Position numbers and translations under genes: made by a program. Positions 38,332-47,833 of a DNA stretch of 64,000 nt are shown one piece after another (positions within the stretch are counted from its first letter, which is position 1; the number at the start of each line of letters is the position of its first letter). The notes beneath the pieces were generated by a model. The model was given only the letters and a program-made list of their open reading frames with translations, was not told the DNA's origin and did no database searches. The stretch lies in assembly GCA_964575955.1 (NCBI GenBank), contig CAZNTG010000006.1, positions 32,001 through 96,000 of the forward strand, in the 5' to 3' direction. The stretch is from an uncultured Thermoproteaceae archaeon (GTDB lineage Archaea > Thermoproteota > Thermoprotei > Thermoproteales > Thermocladiaceae).

Positions 38332-39717
38332 TCAAGATTTTAAACATATAGATTCACACTCATTAAATATCTTCTCAATAGTCTTATCAATCCTATCCTT
38401 AATACTATTCAATACCTCTCTCTGCTTTTCAATAGACTCTCTAGATCTTTGAATTAGAAATCTAACCTGTTCATAGCTTGAAGAGCCTAAGCTCTTCCTC
38501 ATCTTTAAAACACTTTCAGGATCTAGTAATTTAACATTCTTCTCTCTAATAGACTTTGCAATATTCATATAAACAATTCTGAATGATTTCTTTGTATTTA
38601 TAGATTCATATTCCACAGTTTCAGCAGAGGTTAAATATGTCTTATTAATTATATCATTAATAGTATCTTCATTAACTTTTAATCTATCTACTATATCCGT
38701 AAGTATTTTTAGACAATCATTAACGTCTTTAAATATGTTCCATACATGTGGTGTCACTTCCTGAAGATCTAGATAATATCCTTTACCAACATTCTTAATA
38801 ATGTTAAGTATCGATACTAAGTTGCCTATAATTATCGATATTCTAGCTCTAGCAATTTCTAAAGTTGCAGGATTTCTCTTATGAGGCATTATACTGCTTG
38901 TTGCACAATGTTCATCTGGTATGTATATTATGTTCATATCTGAAAATCTTATTAAATCATTTATGAATCTAGACAACTCAACTGCAAGACATGTTAATAT
39001 ACTTGACATTATTGTAAAGTAATCTCTACTTTCAGTAGCGTAGAGACAGTTATAGATTATTCCCATATTTAGATCAGATGCTTCTCTAGATCTATCAATT
39101 GGTGTAAGTGTGCCAACTGCAGGTCCTGAACCTAGAGGACATTTTTCAATAAAGTTTTCTAAAACATATATTATTAAATTTGTAAAGTTTTCTAACATCT
39201 CATCTACTGATAGTAGGTAGTGTGAAAATAATGTTATTTGAGCAGGTTGACCATGTGTAAATGCTATAAATCTACATCTTTCATATTCAATAGAGCGTTT
39301 AAGAATTACTTCTCTAAGCTTTAGAATATTGTTAAGTAACTCATATACATATTTTCTCAATCTTAATCTATGTGCTGTAGCTACATGATCATTTCTACTT
39401 CTACCAATACCTATCCAACCTCCACATTCAGGACCTAGTCTATCTATGAGATATTTTTCAATAAATTCATGAATATCTTCATACTTATATATTTCAGGAT
39501 TGTTATATAGATCTTCAATATTGTTATAGAGCTTCTTCAACTCTCTAAATATTTTACATAGTACATCTCTATCTATTATTCCACATCTATACACTTCTAA
39601 TACATGTTCTATTAATGTTAATATTACCTCTCTAGCAATTTCTCTATCTTCATCAATACTAGATATGTATTTCGCTAACCAATCTTCAGTTTCTCCAAGA
39701 AGCTCTTTCCTATACAC
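38332..39717 (-). CDS. argH: Argininosuccinate lyase
   Basis: EDIHE, GRSRNDHV, FTHGQPAQ, SSIMPHKRNP. Confidence 0.94.
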   Translation of the reverse strand: MYRKELLGETEDWLAKYISSIDEDREIAREVILTLIEHVLEVYRCGIIDRDVLCKIFRELKKLYNNIEDLYNNPEIYKYEDIHEFIEKYLIDRLGPECGGWIGIGRSRNDHVATAHRLRLRKYVYELLNNILKLREVILKRSIEYERCRFIAFTHGQPAQITLFSHYLLSVDEMLENFTNLIIYVLENFIEKCPLGSGPAVGTLTPIDRSREASDLNMGIIYNCLYATESRDYFTIMSSILTCLAVELSRFINDLIRFSDMNIIYIPDEHCATSSIMPHKRNPATLEIARARISIIIGNLVSILNIIKNVGKGYYLDLQEVTPHVWNIFKDVNDCLKILTDIVDRLKVNEDTINDIINKTYLTSAETVEYESINTKKSFRIVYMNIAKSIREKNVKLLDPESVLKMRKSLGSSSYEQVRFLIQRSRESIEKQREVLNSIKDRIDKTIEKIFNECESICLKS

Positions 39718-39719
39718 GA

Positions 39720-40016
39720 CTACTCGAGTTCTGGTCTATAGGCACCTTCTTCAATCTTAGATAATTTTAATGTCTTGACATTATTATTCATCTTGAACTT
39801 AACTACCAACTTCTTAGGCCATTGAGATGTATCAAGTTCAATAATTTCAGCATTCATTCTCCTACACAGATCCTGTATTGCATCTTTAACCTCGGATAGA
39901 TCTTCAGGCGCTGTAATTGTTGTATCAAGTTTAACACCTCTAGCAATAAGTTTTGCAAGTTCTTCTCTATCTTCCTCATATGTAATATCGTAGAATGATC
40001 TTACCTCCTCTGACAT
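39720..40016 (-). CDS. Conserved-looking hypothetical protein
   Basis: MSEEVRSFYDITYEEDREEL...; start moved to ATG 40016; typical codon usage. Confidence 0.7.
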   Translation of the reverse strand: MSEEVRSFYDITYEEDREELAKLIARGVKLDTTITAPEDLSEVKDAIQDLCRRMNAEIIELDTSQWPKKLVVKFKMNNNVKTLKLSKIEEGAYRPELE

Positions 40017-40081
40017 AGCACTCTTAGAGTTGTCCAGATTTATAAATATGAAGTAAAGAGTTTTAAATATGCGTATACGTA

Positions 40082-40597
40082 TTGAGAAGTGTGAGTATTG
40101 CACAGATTGGGATTGATAAAATTGTTAAAAATGTAGCTAGAAAATATGGTATCAGTGATGAAGTTCTAGTAAAAGTATATTGTAGAGATGAGGAAGTTTC
40201 TGATGAGGTTCTAGATAAATTATTAAAATTTGAAAATGAAATCGCTGAAAGAGGTATTGATGTTGATGAAATAATGTCTCAATACTGTAGAGATAAAGTT
40301 GAGATAGAGAAAGAAGATGTTGAGAAGGGTAAATTAATAGAAGTTGAGAAGGTAGAGACTGTCTTAAAAGTTCCAATATTTAAAATGGGTGAAGAGAAGA
40401 TATTGAATATAGTTATTAAGAATGGTAAGATATCTCTAGAAGGCAATATTGAGGATATATGTAAAGATCCTAACGATATAGTAATCGGGAAAACTACAAT
40501 ATACATAAAATGTGGAAATACTTGGAAATCTCTACTACATAATCTTAAAGAAGATGAAGTAATTAAAATTGAGAAGATTGTGAAATCATGCTCCTAA
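40082..40597 (+). CDS. Hypothetical acidic protein
   Basis: 171-aa ORF overlapping sufC start. Confidence 0.6.
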   Translation: MRSVSIAQIGIDKIVKNVARKYGISDEVLVKVYCRDEEVSDEVLDKLLKFENEIAERGIDVDEIMSQYCRDKVEIEKEDVEKGKLIEVEKVETVLKVPIFKMGEEKILNIVIKNGKISLEGNIEDICKDPNDIVIGKTTIYIKCGNTWKSLLHNLKEDEVIKIEKIVKSCS

Positions 40598-41313
40598 GAG
40601 TTGAAGATCTCTATGTAGAAGCTGGAGGTAGACTTATAGTTAGAGGTATAAATCTTGAAATTGATAGAGGTGAAATACACATAATAATTGGTCCAAATGG
40701 TGCAGGTAAGTCAACACTACTCTACGCAATATCAGGTATTCCTAAGTATAGAATTGTTAGAGGTAGAATATTGTTTAATAATGAAGATATAACTAATCTA
40801 ACATCAACAGAGAGAGTTAAAATAGGTATATGTCTTATGCATCAATTTCAACCACAGATAAAGACTGTGAAAGTTAAAGATATTGAAGAGTATATAGTAT
40901 CCAAATTTGGTAAAAATAAACTTGCAGAATATGCAAGAGAGATTTTAGAGATAGATAAGTTAGAAAATAGATCACTATTTCATAATATGAGTGGTGGTGA
41001 GAGAAAGAGATTAGAACTATACTTAACACTATTGACAAATCCTAAACTAGTGCTACTTGACGAACCTGATAGTGGTGTTGATGTTGATAGTTTATTTAAA
41101 ATTGCTGAAGTTATAAATAGAATAGTTAGTGAAGGTATAGCATGTATATTAGTTACACATAGAGGAGATATTGTTAAACTATTGAAGAAGGTTGATAGAG
41201 TATATGTTATGTGTAGTGGAAAGATTGTTGAGAGTGATGGTAGAGATGTTCTTGAGAGGGTGTTATCAACAGGATTTGCTAAAGTTTGTGAAAAATTGAA
41301 GAGTGGTCTCTAG
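40588..41313 (+). CDS. sufC: Fe-S assembly ABC ATPase SufC
   Basis: GPNGAGKST, MSGGERKR, LDEPDSGVD. Confidence 0.9.
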   Translation: MLLRVEDLYVEAGGRLIVRGINLEIDRGEIHIIIGPNGAGKSTLLYAISGIPKYRIVRGRILFNNEDITNLTSTERVKIGICLMHQFQPQIKTVKVKDIEEYIVSKFGKNKLAEYAREILEIDKLENRSLFHNMSGGERKRLELYLTLLTNPKLVLLDEPDSGVDVDSLFKIAEVINRIVSEGIACILVTHRGDIVKLLKKVDRVYVMCSGKIVESDGRDVLERVLSTGFAKVCEKLKSGL

Positions 41314-41356
41314 TGGAAATATATACAAAGAGTCTTGAAAAGACAGTGTATAGGTA

Positions 41357-42538
41357 GTGATGAATAAGCATAATAGACTTGAATATATAAGGAAGAGAGC
41401 AGATGAAGTATTATCAAAGTTGAAGCATGATGGAGAGATTTTAGAACTTATAGCAAAGTCTGAGATAGAGCTACCACAAATACCTTATTATGAAGCATGT
41501 GAACTTGAAGGACCACTATACTACTCAATGATTGATAGAGCTAATGAGAAGTATTCGAATATACAGACTAGTAATCTAATATTAACATCATTACGTAGAG
41601 TTGTTATGGAAGAGATTGATCTAGATAACTTATGGTCACTTGCACAACCTGAAGAAGATCCACATCTAGCATTGATAGCTAAGTATGGTGATGATAGAGG
41701 TGCATATATTAGAGTACGTAGAGGATCTAAGGTAGGTCCTGTAAGAACATGTTACATATCTAGAACTCCCGGATCTGTACAGTTTGTACATAATGTATAT
41801 GTTGTTGAAGATAATGCAGAACTTCAAGTATTATCTACATGTCTAGCTGAGAAGTACATTCCTGAAATTTCTCATATAAGTTTAACAGAGGTTATATTAG
41901 GTGAGAATAGTAGATTTACAATGATAATGTACCATAGTTGGAATGAGACTACAAAACTTTGGTCAAGTCTTAGAATTCTTGCAGGTCCTCGAAGTAAGGT
42001 TACTATACTATACATAACTCACACACCTATAGGTAAGATGGATGGTGAGAGTAAGATTATTCTTAAAGATGAATCATCTCTAAACTACTCATCAATAATA
42101 TATGGTAGAGGCGGTTATTATAAATCTAGAGTTGAATCATATCTAGAAGGTTCAAACTCAAATTCAATAATAATATCGAGGATTATAGGATCACTAGGTT
42201 CACAGGTAGAGTCGATAACTAAGATTGTTGCTGAAGGTTCAGATAGTAGAGGGCATATAGAGTGTCTAGGAATAACGCTAGATCCTAAGTCTAGAATAGT
42301 TACAGTACCTGCACTTGAAGCAAAGAGAGATGATGTACAGCTTAGTCATGAGGCAGCTATTGGCAAGTTCTCTGAAGAAGAATTGGTGTATCTGATGAGT
42401 AAGGGATTAACAGAAGATGAAGCAAAGCAGGTACTTGTTAGAGGTTTTGTAAGTATAGAAATTCCAGAACTTCCACAAACTCTCAAAAATATTGTAGATA
42501 GAATAGTACAGAAACTCTCTAAATATCAATCAATCTAG
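41357..42538 (+). CDS. Fe-S assembly protein SufB/SufD family
   Basis: QFVHN, RGHIECLG, VPALEA, LSHEAAIGK, YLMSKGL. Confidence 0.92.
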   Translation: MMNKHNRLEYIRKRADEVLSKLKHDGEILELIAKSEIELPQIPYYEACELEGPLYYSMIDRANEKYSNIQTSNLILTSLRRVVMEEIDLDNLWSLAQPEEDPHLALIAKYGDDRGAYIRVRRGSKVGPVRTCYISRTPGSVQFVHNVYVVEDNAELQVLSTCLAEKYIPEISHISLTEVILGENSRFTMIMYHSWNETTKLWSSLRILAGPRSKVTILYITHTPIGKMDGESKIILKDESSLNYSSIIYGRGGYYKSRVESYLEGSNSNSIIISRIIGSLGSQVESITKIVAEGSDSRGHIECLGITLDPKSRIVTVPALEAKRDDVQLSHEAAIGKFSEEELVYLMSKGLTEDEAKQVLVRGFVSIEIPELPQTLKNIVDRIVQKLSKYQSI

Positions 42539-42632
42539 AATATATAGATAGTTGAAGCGTTTAGAATATTCTCAAAGTATAGTCTAGCTATGTAGAAAAC
42601 TTAATATAGCTTTACAATATCATCTTCAAGAC

Positions 42633-43097
42633 ATGTCATACGTACCTGTATACGAGTTACCGACAAGACCAAAACCTGGTGAGGAGATTGTACTTCCAAC
42701 AGGACAGAAGGTATATATTAGACCTGTAGGAATACCATGGATAGCACCTCCTAAGAAAGTTTGTCTTGATGAGAAATGTCCATGGCATGGTCATCTCAAG
42801 GTTAGAGGTGTCATTTTAGAAGTTAAGGTTGTTAAAGTACATCCAAAGTTTGTAGTTACACTACACGAATGGTTGAAGTATGATCATAAGTATAAGAGGT
42901 ATGAGTGGAGAAGAAAGAAGATACATGCAAGATTACCACCATGTATAGATGTTAAACCTGGAGATATAGTGTATATTGGAGAGACAAGACCATTAGCAAA
43001 GACTGTGTCATTTGTGGTTATTGGAACTAAAAATGATGTAATACCTGTCAAACCTATAGTTAAGAGACTTGGAGAAACAGAAGATTTGAGAATATAG
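42633..43097 (+). CDS. rps17: 30S ribosomal protein S17 (uS17)
   Basis: CLDEKCPWHG, HARLPPC, GETRPLAKT. Confidence 0.96.
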   Translation: MSYVPVYELPTRPKPGEEIVLPTGQKVYIRPVGIPWIAPPKKVCLDEKCPWHGHLKVRGVILEVKVVKVHPKFVVTLHEWLKYDHKYKRYEWRRKKIHARLPPCIDVKPGDIVYIGETRPLAKTVSFVVIGTKNDVIPVKPIVKRLGETEDLRI

Positions 43098-43147
43098 TCA
43101 GACTTGAGGCATCATCACAGTCTCAGCCGAAATCCGATACATCACCA
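43096..43147 (-). ncRNA. C/D box sRNA
   Basis: Minus GTGATGT-ATCGGATTTCGG-CTGA-GACT-GTGATGA-TGCCTCAAGT-CTGA. Confidence 0.82.
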
Positions 43148-43148
43148 A

Positions 43149-43574
43149 TTAGCTAGATACATATCCCCTATATATTCCATAGTTCGTATATACAACAATA
43201 GTATACACATCATAACATTGAGAACCTTCAAAATATATACTCAATACCTGTCCAGGTCTTATCGTAATTGGAAGTTTTAATTTTTGATTATTTAGACTTA
43301 CACTAGATAATTCACAATTTGAAATCTCATTTCCTGAACTATCAAATAGTTTTATAGATTTAATACGAACTTCACCAACACCAATATTCCTGATATCTAC
43401 AATAAGCTTACTATTACCGATAAGATATCCATTAACTGCAATCTGCGCACTACTACTAATACCACCTGTCATTAATGTGTATATTATTGCACCTAGAGTT
43501 ACTGATGCTAAAATTCCAACAATAGCCCAAACTATATCTGATAATGCACCTCTTCTAGACTTTGATAGCTTCAT
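43149..43574 (-). CDS. Archaeal type IV pilin (class III signal peptide)
   Basis: KSRRG/ALSDIVWAIVGILASV basic leader, cleavage site and hydrophobic helix; IRNIG beta-sandwich motif. Confidence 0.85.
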   Translation of the reverse strand: MKLSKSRRGALSDIVWAIVGILASVTLGAIIYTLMTGGISSSAQIAVNGYLIGNSKLIVDIRNIGVGEVRIKSIKLFDSSGNEISNCELSSVSLNNQKLKLPITIRPGQVLSIYFEGSQCYDVYTIVVYTNYGIYRGYVSS

Positions 43575-43779
43575 GAGAGATTGTTTTTAAAATTATGTTA
43601 ATAATACAGTCTGTAAGTGTGTAGATGTATTGCTATAGTCTTCTTGAATATTCTTAGGATGTTTATTTACACACTTAACATGTCTATATTATGAGAATAG
43701 TGTATTTTTCTAAACTTTTTTCACATATTTCTACACCATCTCAACATACACTAAGTTTATTAGGTAGAATTTCTCTACT

Positions 43780-44982
43780 ATGTGTAGCTTAGGGGAAATG
43801 TTTCATAAGACTGATTCAGGTAGAGAAAGCTACAGACCTATATCTGTAGTTGACTGTATTAGAAAGATTAGAGATCTCTCAAGTCTTGTACTAGACTTAA
43901 CATACTACGCTCTACTATATCAGGATAGAGAGCTTGCACAGGTTGCATATGCTACTGGTGAAGAGACTATAAACTATTGGAGAGAGATGATGAAACATGC
44001 ATTTATGGCTATGAGCATGGTTCCTGAGATGGAGAAAGTCATCAGCAGTTTTATAGAAATTGCACACCATATGAGGAGAGCTGTAGATGTGTTACTAGAT
44101 TTTTGTAAACTTATACAGCTTGGATATAGACCACACTCAGCACTTATAAAGGCTGTAGAATTGAGTGAGGAGCAGGTTGCCATTGTTGAACTTCAAGATG
44201 GTATGACTATAGAAGAGTTGATCGATAAGATAGAGGCTTCTCTAGATGTGATAGCTGTTAAATGTGGTACTGCATGGTTTATAGATCCATCAAGAGATAG
44301 ATATCTACATAAGGGAGATTTACTAATTGTAAGAACTACAAATGATGTACTATCAAGAATTGAAGAGTTGAATATTGGAAAAATTAGAAGACCTAAAGTA
44401 GAGTGTGAAATACATAGATTAGAGGATGTTGAAGACATTGTAAAAGAGTTAGCATATATGAAGAATTTGAGTGAAGTTGCACTAGATTTAGCATATCTAA
44501 CAGTACTATCACTAGACCCATCAATAGTTGAAGAGGTTGAAGATATAGAACACTACTTTGATATTAGACATATAGAACTTGAAAAGAAGATATATAGAAA
44601 GTTGAGTGGAGATCCTGTAGAGATAATAACAACTATAAGATACATACTATGTCTAGAGGAGATTGTAGATTCTGCTAGAAGTCTAGCAGTATCTGTTAAA
44701 AAATGTCCAGAACTTGCATATATTCTTCAAAAAGCTGTTAGAGAAAGTGAAGAAGTGCTACTTAAAATAGTACTACAGAAGTCAGGAAGTATGAAATTGA
44801 AAGATTTGGCACTAGATGACTTAGGCTTAACAGTACTTGCAATAAAGAGAAAAGGAGACATAATAGTTCTACCAAGCCAAGAAATTGAATTAAAGGATGG
44901 AGATGTATTAATAATAAAATGCTTCAGAGAAGCTCTAGATGAAGTTAAGGAGAGATTAAGAATACCAATACAATCATTCTAA
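43780..44982 (+). CDS. PhoU plus TrkA-C (RCK-C) tandem domain protein
   Basis: Repeated MKNLSEVALDLAY helices; VLAIKRKG...ELKDGDVLII. Confidence 0.85.
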   Translation: MCSLGEMFHKTDSGRESYRPISVVDCIRKIRDLSSLVLDLTYYALLYQDRELAQVAYATGEETINYWREMMKHAFMAMSMVPEMEKVISSFIEIAHHMRRAVDVLLDFCKLIQLGYRPHSALIKAVELSEEQVAIVELQDGMTIEELIDKIEASLDVIAVKCGTAWFIDPSRDRYLHKGDLLIVRTTNDVLSRIEELNIGKIRRPKVECEIHRLEDVEDIVKELAYMKNLSEVALDLAYLTVLSLDPSIVEEVEDIEHYFDIRHIELEKKIYRKLSGDPVEIITTIRYILCLEEIVDSARSLAVSVKKCPELAYILQKAVRESEEVLLKIVLQKSGSMKLKDLALDDLGLTVLAIKRKGDIIVLPSQEIELKDGDVLIIKCFREALDEVKERLRIPIQSF

Positions 44983-44983
44983 C

Positions 44984-45796
44984 ATGTTGAAACTATTTGA
45001 AGAATTTAGAACATTATACAAATACTATCTTAAAGATCCAATACAGTACATATACGTCATAGTTGATCTATTACAATACCACGATACTAGCATTGTCGAT
45101 ATACTTAATATAGAACCAATAAGACTAGTTTTAACATATGTACACAACTTCTATAAGATAGGTTCAATATACATATATACAGACGATATAGATATTGAGA
45201 AATTAAGATACTTTCTAGAATATTGCATATCTAGAAATTGTAAGAAAATATATATATACATACCTTACATATCTTCTACATATAGTAAAGTATTGAAATT
45301 AGTATCTGAATATGGATTAAATATTTATAGAAAGTCTACATGGATAACGATGTATCTTACATATGATAGATTTAGACCAAAATACTTAAACTATGATGTA
45401 CATATCTTAAGACCTGAAAATGATTATCATGTTAAAATATTTATGAAGCATATGAAGTATGATAGGAATATAGAGTTAGAATATGAGAAATGTGTAGAAT
45501 TTTTGAGAAAGAATTGTGTATATGCTATAGTTAAGGATGATGAGATATTGTCGATAGGGTATGTCTATATTAATGATGGTAGAGTTGCAGGTATTGGTGG
45601 TGTATTTACAAAACCTGAGTATAGAGGTAGAGGACTTGCAAAAACACTTCTATCTCATATGTGTAGAGATTTGTTAAAACTTAACATAACACCGTTTCTA
45701 CATGTTGAAGATTGGAATTTACCTGCACTTAGACTTTATAGATCTCTAGGGTTTGTAGTTCATGATTGTGTTATGCTTATCGTTGTAGGTTATTAA
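44984..45796 (+). CDS. GNAT family N-acetyltransferase
   Basis: GGVFTKPEYRGRGLA, NLPALRLYRSLGF. Confidence 0.9.
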   Translation: MLKLFEEFRTLYKYYLKDPIQYIYVIVDLLQYHDTSIVDILNIEPIRLVLTYVHNFYKIGSIYIYTDDIDIEKLRYFLEYCISRNCKKIYIYIPYISSTYSKVLKLVSEYGLNIYRKSTWITMYLTYDRFRPKYLNYDVHILRPENDYHVKIFMKHMKYDRNIELEYEKCVEFLRKNCVYAIVKDDEILSIGYVYINDGRVAGIGGVFTKPEYRGRGLAKTLLSHMCRDLLKLNITPFLHVEDWNLPALRLYRSLGFVVHDCVMLIVVGY

Positions 45797-47121
45797 TATC
45801 TATCTAATTCAAGTTTTGTAATATATGTCTGTACTTCACTTCTAGGATTAATCTCAAATGCTATTGGTGTTAACATTATCTTTCTAACTTCTTCCATATT
45901 TCTAGTTTTTGCTAATGTCCAACATAGTTTTACATATGCTGTTTCAGGATGCATATCTTCTGCAGGTATTACACCAATTTTTAGAAGTTCTACACCTCTC
46001 CTATACACGTTTAGATTTACTCTACCAAATATTGTTTGACTAGCAATAACTACAGGTATCTCTTCTTCAATTGCTCTTCTAATAGGTTCTAGAAGTTCTT
46101 TACGTACATGTCCAAATCCTGTTCCTTCAATAACTATCCCATGATATTTCTTATCTATGAGGTAGTGTATTATTTCAGGATCCATACCTGGGTAGAATTT
46201 TACTAGTGCAACTTTATTATCAAACTTGTTTTCAAGTATTATACTACTTCTATCACTATTTCTAGGTAGGTATCTTCTTGTTCTCAATTCAAATTCTAGC
46301 TTTTGTGGATATACAAATGCTATCGGTTCACTATTAATACTTACAAATGCATCTCTACGTGATGTATGCATCTTTCTAACTTTAGTACCTCTATGTACTG
46401 CTACTACACCATCGTTCGTTGTGTAATGCATAACTATGACAGATTCTCCAAATGGTGCTTTAATACATGTTAATACTGCTGAAAGTAAGTTTTCAAATGC
46501 ATCACTTGAAGGTCTATCACTACTTCTTTGAGAACCTACTAATGCTACAGGACCAGGAATGTTACGTAGTGCAAATGCTAATGCTGCAGATGTGTAATGC
46601 ATTGTGTCTGTTCCATGTAGAATAACAACACCATCAACACCATCAAGAAATGCCTTATATGCACTTTCAGCAATTTTTGACCATGTTTCAGGTGTGAAAT
46701 CTTCACTAAATATTGCCATTAGATTTAGAAGTTCTATACTTGCAATATTTCTAAGCTCTGGATATAGTTCATATAGATCTTCAAGACTAAAACTTGGATA
46801 TACAGCACCTGTAACATAGTCAACCTTAGACATTATTGTACCTCCCGTAGCTACTAGTCTAACTCTAGGTAAATTACCTCCAGACTTAACTAGATGACCA
46901 ACAGGAATTTCAACAGATTTTGAAGATTCTTTACCAATAACTTCAAATCTCTCAATTTGGTCAACCCTAATACCTACATTATACCCATTTGGAAGTTTTA
47001 ATACTATAACATCAGGACTTGCAGTTTCAGGTTTTGGAAGAACAACACCTTCTAAGATAGTTCCATATTTTAAGAAGATTCTAACACGAGAAAACTCTTC
47101 AATATTCAATCTAGAAGACAT
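45793..47121 (-). CDS. gatD: Glu-tRNA(Gln) amidotransferase subunit D
   Basis: LKLPNGYNVG, TGGTIMSKVDY, HGTDTM, SQRSSDRPSSD, RKMHTSRRDAF. Confidence 0.96.
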   Translation of the reverse strand: MSSRLNIEEFSRVRIFLKYGTILEGVVLPKPETASPDVIVLKLPNGYNVGIRVDQIERFEVIGKESSKSVEIPVGHLVKSGGNLPRVRLVATGGTIMSKVDYVTGAVYPSFSLEDLYELYPELRNIASIELLNLMAIFSEDFTPETWSKIAESAYKAFLDGVDGVVILHGTDTMHYTSAALAFALRNIPGPVALVGSQRSSDRPSSDAFENLLSAVLTCIKAPFGESVIVMHYTTNDGVVAVHRGTKVRKMHTSRRDAFVSINSEPIAFVYPQKLEFELRTRRYLPRNSDRSSIILENKFDNKVALVKFYPGMDPEIIHYLIDKKYHGIVIEGTGFGHVRKELLEPIRRAIEEEIPVVIASQTIFGRVNLNVYRRGVELLKIGVIPAEDMHPETAYVKLCWTLAKTRNMEEVRKIMLTPIAFEINPRSEVQTYITKLELDRY

Positions 47122-47154
47122 TTAGAAAGAGTGATTTTATATATGTTAAATTTA

Positions 47155-47313
47155 TTATGCTGTAGAGCTTGCCTGAGCTGCGTATAGTATTCTCCTTCTA
47201 TAGTTTCTCCAATTTCTTCTTCTAGGCGGTAGATCCTTCTTTGGCTTTGGTGGTATTTTAGGTGTTTGACTTCTAACCTTACCTGCCTTCGTAATTGAAC
47301 CGTGGCTACCCAT
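47155..47313 (-). CDS. rps30e: 30S ribosomal protein S30e (not in ORF track)
   Basis: MGSHGSITKAGKVRSQTPKIPPKPKKDLPPRRRNWRNYRRRILYAAQASSTA. Confidence 0.95.
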   Translation of the reverse strand: MGSHGSITKAGKVRSQTPKIPPKPKKDLPPRRRNWRNYRRRILYAAQASSTA

Positions 47314-47354
47314 AGCTAGTACACCTCACTACTCTAGGGTTTAAAAACCGAACT

Positions 47355-47654
47355 CTATCTAGCTCTAGCAGCTGCCTGTCTAGCTCTCTTAAATATGTAT
47401 GCAGGTATTAGACTTACATAACTTACAACTACAAGACCAGCACCACCCATCAAGTAAAAACTTTGCTTTGGAGGATATCCTAACACTAATGCTAATCCAA
47501 GACCAACTAGGTACACTACTAGACATATGAAGTCTAGTATTATGCTAATCACTAGGTGATCTATACTACCAGTAACACCATATATTATAGCACCTATCCA
47601 TGCAAGTACACATATACCAGCTAGAAACACGTCTAGTGCAAATACATCTACCAT
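47355..47654 (-). CDS. Small 3-TM membrane protein
   Basis: Three hydrophobic helices, basic C-terminus. Confidence 0.7.
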   Translation of the reverse strand: MVDVFALDVFLAGICVLAWIGAIIYGVTGSIDHLVISIILDFICLVVYLVGLGLALVLGYPPKQSFYLMGGAGLVVVSYVSLIPAYIFKRARQAAARAR

Positions 47655-47705
47655 AAGTATATTTATGTATTGAACATTTTAAACTATTAAAGCTTGTGAA
47701 TAGAG

Positions 47706-47720
47706 AAAGATTTTAAAATA
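47706..47720 (+). promoter_or_regulatory. BRE/TATA promoter of tRNA-Leu
   Basis: Purine-rich AAAGA then TTTTAAAA about 30 nt upstream of tRNA. Confidence 0.6.
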
Positions 47721-47745
47721 CCTAAATCAACTACGTTTCAAGATA

Positions 47746-47833
47746 GCGGGGGTGCCCGAGCCTGGCCAAAGGGGGCGGGTTGAGGTCCCGCTGGCGTAGG
47801 CCTGCGTGGGTTCAAATCCCACCCCCCGCACCA
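47746..47833 (+). tRNA. tRNA-Leu(GAG), intronless, encoded CCA
   Basis: GCGGGGG acceptor stem/CCCCCGC-ACCA; anticodon arm GCGGG-TTGAGGT-CCCGC; long variable arm; GGTTCAAATCC. Confidence 0.96.
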
